A stretch of 64,000 nt of DNA from positions 26,846,001 through 26,910,000 of the forward strand of contig NW_024704743.1 of the NCBI RefSeq assembly GCF_018977255.1, given 5' to 3'. The stretch's first letter is position 1; each line of letters starts with the position of its first letter. A model generated the notes under the pieces. The model searched no databases. It was not told where the DNA came from and saw nothing but the letters and a program-made list of their open reading frames with translations. A program made the position numbers and the translations under genes. The stretch is from Callorhinchus milii (taxonomy: Eukaryota). Positions 61,344-64,000 of the stretch are shown here, piece after piece.

Positions 61344-61810
61344 TGTTATGTACATTATATGAGAAAAAAACATTTTCTCATCTGGACCTCCTCCCTACTT
61401 TGCATTGAATTCCCACTTTCACTAAATTCCTTAACAGAATTCTTATTCAGTTCCCTCCTCTCTCTGCTGGAGTGAGACGCTTGCAATTCTAGCTTTTATA
61501 TAGGTCTCTGACACAACCAATTTCAACTGGTCAGGAAAAATTAATTAATTAGCTAATCTCTAAACCCCTGCCTGTGACTAACTGCCAATTTGGCTTGATT
61601 ACCTGTTTTGCTTGTAAAGTTCTCGCTTGCTCAAGAAACAATTCCCAATCTTTTACGAAAAGAAAGAGATCTCTCTTGCTCTCTAGTTCTCTCTTAGTCT
61701 CCAGTTCTCTCTTGCTCAAGAATTCCCACTCTCCTCAAATTCCTTAACAGAATTCTCACTCTTTCCACCTCACTCAGGTCCCTCTTCACTCTGCTGGCTC
61801 TCTGCTCGAG

Positions 61811-62292
61811 TCACAATATCTGCAGATTATCAAAACAATCTCACAAGTACATGCAGGTAGAATAATAACCGGTAATAAATCAGATATTATCATAAACAAC
61901 AAAATAGATAGTACATATAGTTTTATTGATATGGCTGTCCCGTGTGATTACAAGACAAGAAATAAGGGACGAGAGAAGAACAGGAAATATATCAATCTAC
62001 AAATTGAATATGGACGTATATGGCCATATAAAACATAGTTCCTATAATCATTGATGCAACTGGGATTGTTCATTTGTCTATTCAGAAATGGCTTGACAAA
62101 ATATCTAATGAACAAAATATCAAGCTCCTGCGAAAAGTAGTTATTAGAGGAAGCTCAAACATACCAAGGAAAGTAACATCCATTTATATGTAACTGGCAG
62201 TGTTGTTGGTCTGGCTGACTCATTACTGAAAATCACTTTGAAACTACCAATACAGAGTGATTTAAACTGTGCTAACATAATAATAATAATAA
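61811..62292 (+). mobile_element. R4/Dong-clade retrotransposon, 3' piece (restriction-like endonuclease, stop, 3' UTR, (TAA)n)
   Basis: With frameshifts: QVHAGRIITGNKSDIII..FIDMAVPCD..REKNRKYINLQIEYGRIW / IVPIIIDATG..LLRKVVIRGSSNIPRKV; stop at 62191-62193; (TAA)5 from 62278. Confidence 0.85.
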
Positions 62293-62430
62293 TCCCTGCA
62301 TTTTATATAGTACCTTTCACATCAGGTTTTCTCAATTCTTCATAGGATTTACTGTAAACTGCAATGACTGTATTTTGTAGGCGAACGCAGCAGGTAATTT
62401 GCACATATTAATGTCCCACAACAGCCATCA
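62293..62430 (-). mobile_element. SINE 3' part whose (TTA)n tail is the R4/Dong insertion site
   Basis: Reverse complement has the Deu core 'gtgggacattaatatgtgcaaattacctgctgcgttcgcc' and tail 'gatgtgaaaggtactatataaaatgcagggattatt'. Confidence 0.75.
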
Positions 62431-62444
62431 TAATAAATAAATAC

Positions 62445-62749
62445 TGATAATAATAATCCTTGCATTTGATATAGCAATTTGTCTCAAGGCACTTTACAGA
62501 ATATAATGTAAAGTGAATTGACTGTACATTTGTGGGCAAAATGTGGCAGCCAATTGCGCACAGCAGTGCCCCACAAAGTGTCATGGATTGAAGTGACCAA
62601 TTTCTTTTATTATAGTTCTTTTTTCTTGAGGGATTATCATCAGTTGTGCGGAGTAAGGAAACTTGCCCAAGGCTTCGCCCTGCCCAGGTATCAAACCCAG
62701 GTCTCTCGCTTGCGAGACAAGCGCGCTAACCATTGAGCTACAGGCCTCC
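62445..62749 (-). mobile_element. Deu SINE (short form)
   Basis: Head-core-tail match to the 3163 family. Confidence 0.88.
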
Positions 62750-62759
62750 CTGCCATGAA

Positions 62760-62990
62760 GTAAATGACCAATTTTATTTGGGGGATTGTTGGCCAGAACA
62801 CTGGGAGAAATGCTTTCTGTTTTTTGTTAGTGCTACGTGAACTTAACATCCACCTGTACAGCCAAGCAGGATCTCAGCGTACCGTCTGCACTGCATTGGA
62901 GTGTCAACCTGGATTATGCGAGTTTAAATTTCCAATGTGTGGCTTGAACCCACAACCTTCAGACTCAGGCATGCATGCTATCAGCTAAGA
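62760..62990 (-). mobile_element. Old SINE 5' half
   Basis: Reverse complement 'cctgagtctgaaggttgtgggttcaagcc..ataatccaggttgacactccaatgcagtg'. Confidence 0.7.
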
Positions 62991-64000
62991 CACGCTGAAA
63001 TAGAAGTGGAATCTAGCGAAAAGAAAAATTATAATATACTTCAGGAAATATGTCTTCACTTCAAAATTGATAAATGCTAAGAACGAACTATCAAAGGAGG
63101 GTAATAGAGTCAAAAATGTTGAAATTATTTAAAATGCAGATAGATACCATGATGGGAAGTTAATGTACTAAACTGATGAGCTTTAGTGGGCTAAATTGAT
63201 TTTTCTTATCCTTGATTTATGTTTCTTATGTTAAGCTGAATTTATTCAACTTATTGCCTCTCTGCTGATGGTTTATATTATTTTCCTTCTTGATAAGGGA
63301 AGTCAAATGTGTGAGGGTGGATAATGACACGTAGGAGTCTGTTTATGTAGCAGTCAGTGGTCTACAACCCAGTAATTACAATGCTCACTGAATTCACAAC
63401 ATAATCAATGCTCAGAACAGCATAATTCGATGTATAACTATGATGGGCTGATTCGTACAGAAAGGAAGACGAAAACTGACTGTCCCAACTTCGGCTCAGA
63501 AGTGAAAAAAGCCCTCTCCAGAAAACATATTTCAAGCAAATAAACACAGTCCCAATTCTCGATTTGATGCCGATCTTTCCTGGAATCAACTGATATCTTT
63601 TTTTTCCCTCATTGAATGTTTGTTGTTACCCTTGTAAAGTATGTAAAGGAGATGAGCTATTAAATTGGGACATTTCATCATAGTTCATTTAGCTTTACAC
63701 ATTTTCACCAAGAGCGGATTTTCACAAGGACTGGAGATGAGTGACTTAATTACTATTAAGTAGGATTGATATTGTTGGGCTGCTGGGTGTCCATGACAGG
63801 AGATAGGTCACAGCTATTACTCCCTAATGAGCAGAGAGGAGTGGTGCAAACTTTCAAACATGTTGGAGATCATTGTTGACTATCTTTTTTTAAATCTTAT
63901 TATCACATTTTGGTTATTGACATACGACTCATATTACCCTAGTTGAGAGTAATTAAATTAACCACAAGCTAAATCTTAAGATATTACATGCACATAATAA

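Larger units (their letters stand above)
57304..61810 (-). mobile_element. Full-length degenerate CR1 LINE (5' UTR, ORF1, ORF2, 3' end), TSD TCAC
   Basis: EN INAKSL and GGGVALYI; [23 protein letters not shown] and KFADDNKL; 3' end at 57304; TCAC at 57300-57303 and 61811-61814. Confidence 0.92.

Noticed and set aside
1-64000. CRISPR array, prokaryotic operon or viral genes
   Set aside because: No regularly spaced repeats with unique spacers and no long non-TE ORFs; the content is vertebrate retrotransposon-rich non-coding DNA

Overview
This is AT-rich vertebrate genomic DNA, most likely from a cartilaginous fish. The inference rests on the repeat content: Deu-domain tRNA SINEs, L2 elements with (TTG)n tails, CR1 elements and a Penelope-type fragment. 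I could not support any host protein-coding exon. Every ORF with recognisable protein similarity is a transposon relic, so the window reads as a large intron or gene desert. It is roughly half repeats, with TE-free islands that look like enhancers. The most informative locus is a nested stack at ~56.9-62.4 kb. A 5'-truncated R4/Dong-type retrotransposon (restriction-like endonuclease, invisible in the ORF track) sits in the (TAA)n tail of a SINE. It is split by a full-length degenerate CR1 (TCAC TSD), which itself carries a Penelope-type fragment with a decayed minimal hammerhead ribozyme. Other highlights are a fold-back inverted duplication flanked by 18-bp direct repeats (6.9-9.0 kb), a CR1::L2 chimera (42.4-44.9 kb), a ~150-bp MITE-like family with at least 5 copies, a pogo/Tigger relic, and two long hairpins (23.8 kb, 26.6 kb). 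Boundaries of old repeats are approximate (tens of bp). Family names come from recognising motifs, not from database searches.
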